A stretch of DNA of 64,000 bases. It comes from Macrostomum lignano (lineage: Eukaryota). The notes under the pieces were generated by a model. The model was given only the letters and a program-made list of their open reading frames with translations. It ran no database searches and was not told the DNA's origin. Location: NCBI GenBank assembly GCA_002269645.1, contig NIVC01001022.1, positions 549,147-613,146 on the forward strand, in the 5' to 3' direction. Position numbers and translations under genes: made by a program. Shown here in pieces: positions 53,001 to 64,000 of this stretch; position 1 is the first letter of the stretch, and each line of letters begins with the position of its first letter.

Positions 53001-53294
53001 CCGGCACTTCGCTGCTGTCTCCTGTATGAAGCGCCGATCGCTGGCGCAATCGCGAGACGGTCGCCGACGCAGGCCCATCCGAAGGCCGACGGCCGACCAC
53101 AAATGGCTATCAAAGTCAACTCGAGCCAGCCAATGGGAGTTTACCAGACGGCAGTTTGCAAGCGAGCGACAGTCGAGCAGGCTGAGGATTTGACTTTGCA
53201 GCTCGCAGGGCAGATTGCGCAGCGGATCGGTAGAAAATTTTTCCAAACAAGTGCTGTAGAGATCGGTTTTATCTTGATTGAACATGTCTGACAT
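50044..53294 (-). CDS. F-box protein (~730 aa), C-terminal region possibly a degenerate beta-propeller; exons 53294-52859, 52592-52045, 51558-50744, 50443-50044
   Basis: F-box DPLRNLPCELQSQILSLLDCRSLANCRLVNSHW. Phase-consistent junctions (1, 0, 2): CCAG|GTAAAT..TCACAG|GT, AAG|GCAAGC..TTATAG|ACG, CCCAG|GTGAAT..CTTAG|G. The propeller call rests only on W/D-rich beta-strand-like segments. Confidence 0.8.
51727..51955 (+). mobile_element. CORE-like SINE, copy 4 (internally deleted) in F-box intron 2, antisense to the gene
   Basis: TTTGTGTCCTTGAGCAAGACGCTTAACTCTGCATTGCTTCAG and GCTGGGGTAATTGAGG match copies 1 and 2. About 50 bp of the 3' domain is missing. Confidence 0.85.
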
Positions 53295-54981
53295 GCTTTT
53301 CAACTGGCTGCAATTGAACGAAAACTAAAATAATTCGGATATGGAAATATTGTCCGGATAAGGAATTAAGAAAATATTTATCATTAATACTTAGGATTAA
53401 TAACTTCAAACTATTCCTTTTGCAATAATATGAAAGAAAAACTCTTCAAATAAACTATAATATAGTTTTAAGTTGGAAATTATATAGAATGGGCTAGAAG
53501 AATCACAAAGACATATTTTGTTAATTTTATATTATAAGTGCACTTCTGCGTTCATTAAAAGTTTTAGTCTTGATGAATCTCGGTGCTTATGAAACAAGTG
53601 TACAAAATTCAGAAACATAAAGCTCGTGATACTGATACAATGATAAATAATATATAAACAGCCACATGACACAAATAACAGAAAAACGAAAATAACGTCT
53701 TGCTAGAAAATGACCAACTATTTAAGCTTTAAAAATAAGCAAATTATAAGTCCACGAAAAAGGTAATACCTTTAATTTTTTAATACCAACTAAACGCATA
53801 ATTCAAGAAACAACGAATTGCAAATACAATCTAAGAATATAAAGTATTCAAAAATGTATCAACGCTGTAGGCTCTTGTGGTAAATTAAGTAAAGTATATT
53901 AGCTCAATTTGAAAAGACAACTTTTGACAATTTTTACGATAAATTAACTACTAAAAATTAATGTGCAGGTATTTGCACTGAAGTTTTGTTTTACGGTTGT
54001 CCGGTGTATTAAAACTATATAGTAGAAAGCAAATGGGCAAATCATTATTTGAGAATTTTTTAAATTCCGTGATTTCGGCATCACATTTCTCTTTCTTTTT
54101 AGAAAATCGTGTTTATTTAATTTTAAATCTATAGGTGCAATAGACTCGTGCACTGTATCCTTGGTTTAATTGTCATTGTGTCCCCAACGGCAACAATTAC
54201 AGTTAGCTAGACATGAAAAGCAGCAGTTGGCGGAAGAAAAACGGGCTAATTAGCGACCTCATATGTAAAAAAACTGCTTTATTTTTGAAGAGCTAAAGTG
54301 AAAAATAACCTTTTTCAAAATTTCTCGCGAAAAATGTGACTGCATGGAATCAATAGTAGGTAAAAATTAAAAACATATATGTGTACTGTACAGTGTACGT
54401 ACCCTGCCAGTGTAGGGTCGAGATCAGGCCAGTCCAAGTGGGAACATGCACATATACATCTGACATAGGGTGAAGCGCGGACAAGACCCTGCCTGCATGA
54501 TGGGTCTCAATCCCTTGCTAATTGTTTATCAGCTTGCTTGTACCGCCTGTATGCCGCGCGGTGCACCACACGCGTACATGTAGCTATAGGATCTACATGT
54601 AATATTTATACCATGGTTTCAACATCGCACTACCTTGGGGGCTGCATATGTCTGCATCTGACAGAAGTGGCAGGTGAGAGTATTCTGAAGCAGAAAAAGC
54701 TTCCAATATAAAGAACCCAATATTAAATGTATATGTATGTATACGTACTACTCAATAAATCACCTTAGAATTAGCGATTGACATATATGTAGTACAGTAA
54801 ATGCAGTACATGTATAGCGTATCCAGGCATCATTCGCAGAAAATTTCTGGTAGATGTTATAGTGAATGCTTTATCATGAATCGTAAAACAAGGGGCTGCT
54901 CGGCCGCAGGCAAACAGCTTTTTACTTGGTACATGTACAAGCGCGATAAAATGTTAAGTAACTCATTCTCTTTTGTACAGC

Positions 54982-55396
54982 CAGGGGGGCGTCGCCACTG
55001 GAGGGCAGAAGGGACATGCCCCCGGCCCCCCGGCCCAGTATTGATTAGAGCCAATTAAATGTAAGAATGGCTAAAATGGAACAATTATGCAACAATCAAT
55101 CCTTTTTGCGATGTCATTTTTAAAAAAATGACATGAATAATCGATATTTTGATGTCGTTTCGATATATACCCTTTCCCAGTGTGGAGGAGGAATCCCTCC
55201 TACGCGATATTTCACCATTTGTCACCCGATATGAAAATAAAAAAAATGTTTTCAGGACGCCACAAAGAAGGCGCCTCGATCGACGCCAAAATGTGTTCCT
55301 GGGGCGCCAAAATAAGCCCTGAATTTATAATCATGTAGAATTCTTGGCTTTGTCGTCCCTCCGACCCCCACCATAAAATCCATAGCGACACCCCTG
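54982..55396 (+). mobile_element. hAT-type MITE, copy C (compact, 415 bp) with a perfect 8-bp TSD
   Basis: TSD TGTACAGC at 54974-54981 and 55397-55404. Ends are CAGGGGGGCGTCGC and GCGACACCCCTG. Confidence 0.9.
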
Positions 55397-55844
55397 TGTA
55401 CAGCTATGGGTGAAAGCATTGTCTTTTACGCCTCCGAGACCTGGGGGCTTTCGTATCCTGGAACCTGCAATTGGGACCCTATAGGATAGGTCAAAATTCT
55501 AATAGAGAGAATCGATTTCAGAACTTCCAAAGGATTTCTCAATGTTCTCTCCAGACATAACCGTAGTGCCAATCTGTGACTCACAGAAATATAAAGACTT
55601 TTCTATTCATTTGAATTCAGAAAACTTGACCAGCGTGAAAGAAAAAATGACGTCTGTAGAATTCAAAGGCTACATTGGTCTAAGAGAATGCATTTAATGT
55701 GCCGTTCTTAGTGCTGAAACAGTCTGAGTCAGAGAAAAGCAGGTAATATCTACTTATTCACAAAGATTGTAGATTGGTATTGAACCTACGGTATATAAGC
55801 CTTTGAATTATTTGACTTGGTTTCAAGCGCATCCATGCTCGACA

Positions 55845-56558
55845 ATGTTCCTACTGCTGCTAATTCTGCCGAGCTGTTGGCAGTCAGTGCCGGCCCTTCT
55901 GTGCCCAGCCCCATTCAGCATTGAGGCCGATAGCAAGTGCCTGTTCGTGAGCACAGCTCACAGCCACAGCTGGTGTTCAGCCAATTCGCAGTGCGCATTG
56001 ATCGGAGGCGAGCTGATCAACTCGTACAGCTCGCTGCAGCTGCTGATCAATGGAAATATTACACGTGCCGTCGACTGCAGCTGCGAACTGTGGGTCGGAC
56101 TTAGCGATCTGGCTGATGAGAGAGGCAACAGCAGAGCTGGCTGGCAGAGGGTCAACGGCAAAGGACTCTATCCGGAGGACAGGGCTTTGTCCGCTACGGG
56201 TTATAGTGAGGAAAACTGTCTTCGAAAGGTAGACAACCTAATTGCTGATATTCCCTGCGGCAATTCATACGGCTTTGTATGCGAGTTTGTGGATCCGTCT
56301 GCCTTCAAGCCAACTGCTGGCATCTGGAAAGCTGATGAGTTCAAACGGGCGAAGTACAACTCTTTTTACTGCTTCACTGACGTGACGAACGTGAGCAGCG
56401 CTGTCGAGTGCACAGCGGCCGCCATGCGCAATGGAAACTGCAGACACGTGCTGTACAACAGCAAGCTGAGAGCCTGCCGCCTGCTGCTGTTCACCGACGC
56501 TCAGGTGGAGGAGGAGATCGAGACGAGCGCAGACTGGGTCAAGTACCGACTTGAGTGA
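55845..56558 (+). CDS. Secreted C-type lectin-like domain + PAN/apple domain protein (237 aa), intronless
   Basis: Signal MFLLLLILPSCWQSVPA. CTLD motifs: W..A...C...GG.L, WVGLSD, C...DIPC....FVCE. PAN-like segment: SSAVECTAAAMRNGNCRHVLYNSKLRACRL. Confidence 0.9.
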   Translation: MFLLLLILPSCWQSVPALLCPAPFSIEADSKCLFVSTAHSHSWCSANSQCALIGGELINSYSSLQLLINGNITRAVDCSCELWVGLSDLADERGNSRAGWQRVNGKGLYPEDRALSATGYSEENCLRKVDNLIADIPCGNSYGFVCEFVDPSAFKPTAGIWKADEFKRAKYNSFYCFTDVTNVSSAVECTAAAMRNGNCRHVLYNSKLRACRLLLFTDAQVEEEIETSADWVKYRLE

Positions 56559-57269
56559 CTTGAATCTACAGTAAACTGCAGTATACATCTATCTATATAT
56601 ACATTTAGCTCGCATACAGTGTAATAACGATATAAATACACATGTATAATGCACATGATTTCACTAGCTGCATTACATTTTCTATCTACTGCAGTGTTTT
56701 ATTCTAGGGAATTGGCCTCCCAAAAATCACATGTACACGAGCTTTGAGTTTTAGATATACACCCTCTATATACTACAGTGCTCCTTGATGCTACTATACG
56801 ACTGTTTAAACCCCGCACAGTTGTTACATGCATTACATGTAACGGGCCAGCTAACCATATTAACCATATTTAACCATATTTAACCATATTTAAGTTGTTT
56901 TTACGTTCGCATACTCTTCTGCTAACAGTTAGTTACAGTAAACGTTGTTATCCTGCACCGCGGCTCGCGAGATAGCGCCGCCGCCTCCTGGTGCTACCGC
57001 CAAGCATGCTAGTGGTTCTTTTCAAGGCCTCATCGGAGAGTCGCGATTCTTCTGCGGCTGCCAAGGGCGGCACAATCGAAGTGAGCATCGACGCAAAGAA
57101 CGATCGACGCCGTGAGAGAAATCGCCGTGGTCGACCTTGGGGACGCGAGCGACGAGCCGCAGGCAGCCGGCCCCTTCAAACTGGTGATGCGGATCCGCGC
57201 TGGGTGGCGCCAAACCGTGAGGTTCAAAATCACCGGACACCAGCCGAACCAAAATGCGCATAGCAATTT

Positions 57270-60200
57270 AGCTCAGAATTGCTACCTGGAACTGACGAAC
57301 TCTTCGAGCAAAGCGGAGACAACATCTTTTGGACCAGCTTGCAGGTGACAACTTGATATTATTATGCTACAGGAGCTCTCCATCACGGCCGAGCCTGGGC
57401 TTCACCAGGAGCACCTAGTTGGTGACTGGCTTCTGCAATACACATCAGCGGACTCTAAAGCACGGGGAGGAATTGATGATTCAGCAAAGTACAAGCTATG
57501 AGAGCCTGTCACCGCGGCTGCTGCGCGTCGACATTCGACTTTGCAGGCGTAACATGTGGCTCTTCTGCTGCACACCCAGCTAAGTAGAGCAGTTTCTGGA
57601 GTTCCTGTCAGCGCAGCTGAAGAAGACCGCTCAACTTGACACTTTACTGGATCTCAACGCCGTCATACGAAGGTCCGAGCACGCCCGCTTTGTAGCGCCA
57701 CGCGAAAACAACAATACTAATGCTCTAATGGATTTCATGGACCGCCACGATCTGGTCTCAGCAAACATGCTGTTTAGGAAGCCGCTTCACAGATTGGCAA
57801 CATTTGCTGGCTGTAAACGGCCACGTTGGAAAGCGTACGGAAAACTTCGTACTCGCACAGCTCGACCACGTGCTGTTTCGCCAGCGAGAGCGACGGCAAG
57901 TGACCAACTGTGACACGGTGGCTCCGCTGGCAGTGCGATCAGACCAACAGGCTGCTCTACTGCGACCTGCGCCTGAGGGACCCGCAAAATTATTTATCGA
58001 CCACCGAAAAAACAGCCCAAAGCGCTACTTATGCGCCCTACGCGACCCGGTTAGAAGTGGCCGCTTCTACCCGGCCTTTGACGAGGCGCAGAAAGGACGA
58101 CCAGACACATCAACCCCAGCAGAGTACCCGGACATCAGTGCCGCCATCCAATCCGCCGCTACCAAGACTCTTCCGTTGGTGAAGCCAGCAGAAAGGAACC
58201 GGCCAGTGTGGCAAGATGACGAAGTGCTGCGGCAGACGCAGCTGAAAGTGGAGAGACTGTGGAGAAGGCGACAGCCTACGGAGAAGGAATAAGAGTCTCT
58301 AGCAGAGACTTTTTAAAGCCCGGCAAGGCGCCGTGGTTCAGACCGCTATTCATGAGATCACAGACGCCGGCCCCGACAAGAAACCGCACGCCGACTGGTC
58401 GGTCGTTAATCATCTGACAGGCTGAAAGAGTCGCAACGCTCTAAACCTGGCGGGTGATACGCCTGAAGAGAGGTGAAATGAGCTGCGGACCTTCTTCTCT
58501 GGTACAGTCAACGCGCCTTCCTCCGCCGCAAAGGGACGACGACATGTCATTGTCCTCGGAGGTTGCGCTTCCAGAGGAGAGCTCCTTTAAAACCATCCCC
58601 ATCACCATCGACGAGGTGCTCTAACTTGCAAAGAAGACGCCGCCAGGCAACAGGGCTACTTGACACGACGACGTGCCTGTCGAGGTCGGGTTGGAAGTCA
58701 CACGAGTGATGAACTGCGTGCTAGCTGCGGGCCCCGCCCCTGCTGAGTGGTGGACTGCGCATATCGTCGGGATGCCTGTGATGAAATAATGTGGCGGCCT
58801 CGAAAATAATCGACAAGACAAATACGGCAGAGGCAAATTTGTAGCGGTAGCACTTGGCAATAATGATGACTGGTGCGGGCAATGGCCGCAGACTTTGTTT
58901 ATTGTAACGGAGATAGATCAAAGTACTAGTTGAATTCGCAAACGATGCACTGGCGGCTACACAACAATAAGTTAATGGTAGGAGGCAGAGTGGGTCGATG
59001 AGTTTGAGGCAACGGTGACGAAGTGATGGCGGTGAACGTACGGTGGCGGCGCTCGTAGTTCGAGCTTGAACTGACAGTAGAAGTGGCGTGACTGAGGCTG
59101 GCGAAGGCGTGGATAGAATCGTGGCGGAGAGAGTAGGCAAGTAAACAAGGAGTGAGAGCCCAAGGGCGGGCAGAGCGGCACAGGGGTGGCGCGGGAGAAA
59201 CGGGGTCTAACCCCGAGCGCCCAGCCAGACAGGACTGATAAAGAGCAGGCTGGGGGTGGGCGCGCGAGGAGAACTTAACATAATTAATGCGCGCTTTTCT
59301 ATTGGCCGGCTGAAAAAACAGAAAACAGAAATTATCGATCGTGCACTGTACGCAGGCTTTACAAATGTACGCAAGCAGATTAAAATTCTTTGGACACTAC
59401 TTTAAGCAGACGTGAGGTACGAAACCAACAATATTATAGATTGGTACCGTATGCTAAAACGGCCCTTGGCGGGGCTACTTAAACTGACAACGTCACATGC
59501 CAAAGAAACCAGGTTTCGTCAAAATCAAAGAGCATCGCGGGATTTTACTAATGTTCTGCACTGCTAAGCTGTTTAACAGGGTTCTGCTGTCGCGACTGCA
59601 GCCGGTGCTGGACCCGTTCCTCCGGCGCGAGCAGAACGGATTCTGGCCCAGGCAGAGGCAACGTGACCCAAATTCTCGCTCTCCACAAGTCGAACATCAT
59701 CTGCATCTTCGTGGACTTCCTGAAGGCCTTTGACTCGGTGTCGAGGCAGGTCATCGCGAACATCCTGCGCGCATATCATACCTGAGCAGCTGGTGATGGC
59801 TGTGTTAGCTCTGTACCAGGAGACTAGGGCTGCAGTTTTGACACCGGGTGGCCTTTCCAACTTTTTCGACACGTCAGCTCCGGCGTTCTCAAGGGGAAAC
59901 CTTGCATTTCTGTTCATCCTGGTCCTGGACTGGGTACTGCGCACATGGCCTCCCTGACGACTGTAACGGATTTTTGCTCTGCCGCAGAACAAAGCACCCG
60001 GCCGGGGTGCTGGACACACCGAGAAGTGACTCTCCGTTCTAGCATACGCGGCCGACCTAGCGCTGCTGTTGGAGCTCAACGCCTGCTAGACCAGCTGACG
60101 GCGGCCGCTGGGATCGGACTGTCCGTGAACAACAAAAAGACAATGATGCTGACTGTACATATATACGGACCTTCCAGCTGAGATCTACTGCCGCTGCACG

Positions 60201-60640
60201 AACAGGTAGGTGGCGTTGCTGCCGCGCTGCAAAGAGTTCATTTAACCTTGGCGGTCTTATTGTGCCAAGCATCATTTGGACGACATGATGGCACGGTGTA
60301 GCCAGGGCGCTTGCCTGCAGGGGCGCATTCCCCACCTTGCGGACTGTCCTGCAGTTCCCCGTGCTGCCGGACCGGCTGAGAGGGCGGCTGCTTCAGGCAG
60401 TCCCATATACAGTAGAAACCATCCTCCTTACAATGCTGAAAAGTGGACAGTGACCATCCCAGCCGGCCGTAGAGCCGTAGAGCGGCAACTCAACGCCGCT
60501 CATGCTGGATTTCTGAGAGCCGCCTTTGGTGCCCACTACTCGCCGACCACCACCACCAACACCAGCAATGACGAGGATACCGACGGGCCCAGCTCTCCCA
60601 GGCCCAGCCACCCAGCTGCGGTCCGTACACGCGTTGTACG
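57270..60640 (+). mobile_element. Decayed RTE-like non-LTR retrotransposon (APE endonuclease + RT), many frameshifts, split by a solo LTR
   Basis: APE: RIATWN*RTL, LQE, QLDHVL, SDQ. RT: HRGI.L....KLFNRVL..RLQP.LDP.LRREQNGF, FVDFLKAFDSV, LAYAADL, YNAEKWT. Confidence 0.88.
58777..59497 (-). mobile_element. Solo LTR (721 bp) inserted into the RTE RT region
   Basis: TGTGATG...CGTCACA termini (TG..CA, 6/7 inverted) and a 4-bp TSD TGCC (58773-58776 / 59498-59501). Removing it restores HIVGMPKKPG. Minus-strand CCAAT (59305-59301) and AATAAA (58903-58898) give the orientation. Confidence 0.88.
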
Positions 60641-60971
60641 GTGTAGTAGGAATACTCGAAATTAACGTAAAACTAAAATATATATACATCGGTGTCAACA
60701 GACCTGAACAAAAAATCCACAGAGGTCCCACTGGCCCAAAATATCCACATGTACCCGCCTCCGGAATTGATCGGAACCCCGCGCGGCAGACGAAGTACAT
60801 TATCCATGTAATCACAGCGGATTCGAAACGACAATATTTGCCCCGGAAAACTCCAGACTGAAACGCACAAATTAAAAAATCCCTAAACTACCAGCTTCCC
60901 TTTTCTGAACCCGGCCAAACCTATAATTACTTGCATAAAAAAGTGGAAATCAGCATCAAACAAATTTTTCA

Positions 60972-61176
60972 ATAAACCATAGAAATAAAGACTTTCCATG
61001 ACAATATTTGCGTTCTCCGGGATTTTATTTGCTAATATTCAATAATATCCCGTAAAGTCTTTATGTCTATGGTTTATACGAGATTACACATGCCTTTTGA
61101 GGGAGTTATTTGTATAAATCCCTCGGGCCTCAGGCCCGTGATTGATCAATAACTCCCGAAAAGGCATGTGTAATCT
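60972..61176. mobile_element. Two adjacent small inverted-repeat (MITE-like) elements
   Basis: Arms 60972-60995 / 61054-61077 match at 23 of 24. Arms 61081-61110 / 61148-61176 are ~29 bp and near-perfect, with a central CGGGCCT-C-AGGCCCG hairpin. Confidence 0.6.
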
Positions 61177-64000
61177 GATACATACTTTAGGGTCAGTCTT
61201 GACTAATCCAATGAATTCACAATAGATAATTAAAATAATATTTATTCACGTACAAATTTTTTCTACTAAATTTCTGTTTTCTTAGATTAATTTTACATGA
61301 ATTACGATTGGAAGAAAAATTTGTTTAAAAAAACTTCTTGTCCCCGCATCCTTCAAATTAAGAATAAATCGGTATTAAATCCCACTGGAAAAATGATGTT
61401 GCTTGCCACATCGCGATCGCAGCTGTGAAGTCAGTTTGGTTTACGTTATCGGAGATTTTGCCAGTTAGGCCTTACAGGTTAAAAATGTATATGTACACTA
61501 TATATTATAGACCATACAATTATTAGCAATCCTTCGGTTTCCCACTCTAAATTTAGGTAATGCAGTTTTTGCAGTTTTTTGTAAACGGCATGAGTACTTA
61601 AGTAGGCCTAACTATGACCGTCTTATTAGGGCTGAATGCCTCATCATCTAATTAGTACTACACCTGTATTCGGTGCGAAAGTTAACATGCTCTAAGTTGC
61701 ATCGCGTTTTGAGCTAGGCCTACAATTTTAGACTCAGTTTCGCATGTCTGCAGATTTTCTACACTTACTCCAATAGGGGTCAAGTCAAGTAGTTAATTAC
61801 ATCAAGTAGGCCTAGCCTAGCTATTTGATGATAGCTTTTAATATAAATATATTGTAGGGCCTATAGTGCTATGCTATTGCCTATTGTTGGTATTCTTCTA
61901 CAAAAAAGGATTTTTAATGAAAATGCTTTATTTATCTGTCAGTGTCAATTTACATTACAACACAAGGGATTTTTAATGCATTTGTGCAAAATCATATTAA
62001 ATATTAATAAGGTCCCTAATGCACAATTTTTGATGAACTTGTAGGCCACCTATGCCTATTAGTTAAATTAATATATTATAGAATATATAAATCTAGATTT
62101 TCTATTAGAGCCAAGACATAAAAATGCACTTTATGCCAATTGCCAATTTCAAAATGCAATTTAGTGTTTTTCCATAAAGAGGGAGAGGGTCCATGTGCCA
62201 TAGCTATAGTTGTAAATAAAACTAGGCCCTATGGTTTATTCCAATTCTCCATAGGCCTAGGCCTATTCTGTAGGCCCTTAGCTATAAAGATCCCAATTTT
62301 ATCAAATTACCATAGTTCCCATAGCCATAGTCATAGTTGTAACAAAAAGTCTTATGTTACTTGGTTAATATTTTAAATCAGAAAGATGACCTAGTGCTTA
62401 AACAATTATAAATTAGGCCCTAATATAAAAAATAAACAATTGATTGCCTTATATAAATAATATATGAAGAGTTATAGAAGATTTATATAAATATAATATT
62501 TTATCTTTTTACAAGAGTGACATTACTTAATCAGGTGACCTTTGTCAATCTGCATTTTGTCAATAGACATCTTATAAACTAGTATTTTGTCAACTAGAAA
62601 TAATGGAAAATCAGCAAATTGTATCTGATTATTATAGCTGCACTAGCCAGAGTAGGCATTCTGGTGAGGGTCACGTGACCTGTGCATGCCGAGCAAAATC
62701 TGCTAAAAAGAGCTAAATGATACCAACTTCATATGATAAAAAAACTAGAAAACCAAGAGAGTTAAGAAAAACGGAAATATATGTCCTGAAGAGAGAGATT
62801 TAAGCTTTAATTTGAGACTACTTGGAGGTTCCTACAATGTCAAATAGTGAAGCTACGGTAATTTGAAAAACAAACAAATTCACCATGCTTTGGAAACTGT
62901 GACAACACGGGAAAATTAAGTGACCGACAGAAATTTGAATTGCATCAAAACGAGTGCTTTTTTTGATAAGCGGTTTTCAGTAAAACAAAGATTAATAGTT
63001 ACGGAATATATTTCTTCTGCAATGCAAAGAAAATTGAGATATTTTTCTTCTATAAATATTAGTCCAAAGTCTTCAACTAAAATTTTTGACTCGAAACAAG
63101 ACTGGTGACAGGGTGGTGACACGATGTTTTTACGTAGGATTTCATGGTGAATAAGATGCAAAAAATAATTTTGGAGCTATCTTAACGCGCAACAACGCGC
63201 GACTGATTCAAAGTAAACCCTAGCCTAGTTGCATTTCAGACTACCCTTTTAGAAGCAAATGGACTTTTTTTCTTCTTTTTCTTCTGTTTTATTCATCCAA
63301 AATGGCATACAAACACGAGGAAACAATGATCTCATTGCTAGATCTTACCACAACTCCAATAATAGTACTGTTTTGGGTAAACAGCAGGAGTAAATACCTC
63401 GTCATCTAATTAGTACTTGTTTCCTAATTTAAAGTACTAATTAGATGGGCATTTTTGCAACTTATCTTGGCTAGGCCCCTTGCCAGACAGCTAGATCTGC
63501 TGGGTATTGCTCTTGGATGATCTATATAAGGATAAAAATGGAATAATTGTGGTCTGAGGATTAAAATTTCATTTACGTCACCTCATTATTTTGAGAATAG
63601 AAGAAAAACTATCATTGTATTTTGCAAAGTATTAATTCAAAAACTACAAGAAAAATGCTAAAAAGACATATTAGGCATAAAAATGCATTGGATAGTTAAA
63701 AGCTATATTATCTATAACTCGGAAAATCAGACATTTTGAAGAAAAATGATCACAGTACCTTATGGAAAATGCATTACGGAAGTGTCAAAAAATGTGATAT
63801 AAAAATGCTATAACTTTTCATTACTTGACCAAAATTCAAAAGTGAGGTGTCTTTTTACTCATACTTGTATGCTCAATCAAAGAAAAGCAAAATATTTGCT
63901 AATCTTGAAACTTCAAAAACCTCACCAGAATGCCTAGCCAGAGAATGTGAGAAGTGGTAATGTGATTTCAAATGTTTAACACTTCTTGGAAATAATTTTT

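Overview
Eukaryotic, intron-containing, very repeat-rich animal DNA. By my rough tally about a quarter of the window is mini/microsatellite. Gene style and repeat load resemble a free-living flatworm such as Macrostomum, but that is inference only. Six protein-coding genes can be reconstructed by hand: (1) a 7-EC protocadherin (- strand) split by a 1-nt frameshift; (2) a 4-exon FMRFamide/peptide-type class A GPCR (-) with an in-frame TGA inside exon 2; (3) a 2-exon secreted PAN/apple-like + fibrinogen-C (FReD) protein (-), followed by a truncated paralogous fragment; (4) an intronless glutaminyl cyclase (-); (5) a 4-exon F-box protein (-) with a probable GC-AG intron; (6) an intronless C-type lectin + PAN protein (+). 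Mobile DNA comprises three copies of one hAT-type MITE family (one compact copy with a perfect 8-bp TSD, two bloated by an internal GGCGCC minisatellite), four copies of a tRNA-derived CORE-like SINE, a decayed RTE-like LINE interrupted by a 721-bp solo LTR, a Tc1/IS630-like transposase remnant, and small hairpin elements. Almost all long ORFs in the track that lie over tandem repeats are artefacts. The most interesting signals are the MITE acting as a minisatellite incubator, the in-frame TGA in an otherwise intact spliced GPCR, a duplicated ~160-nt candidate structured-RNA motif at 36.9-37.2 kb, and two lectin genes carrying PAN modules at opposite ends.
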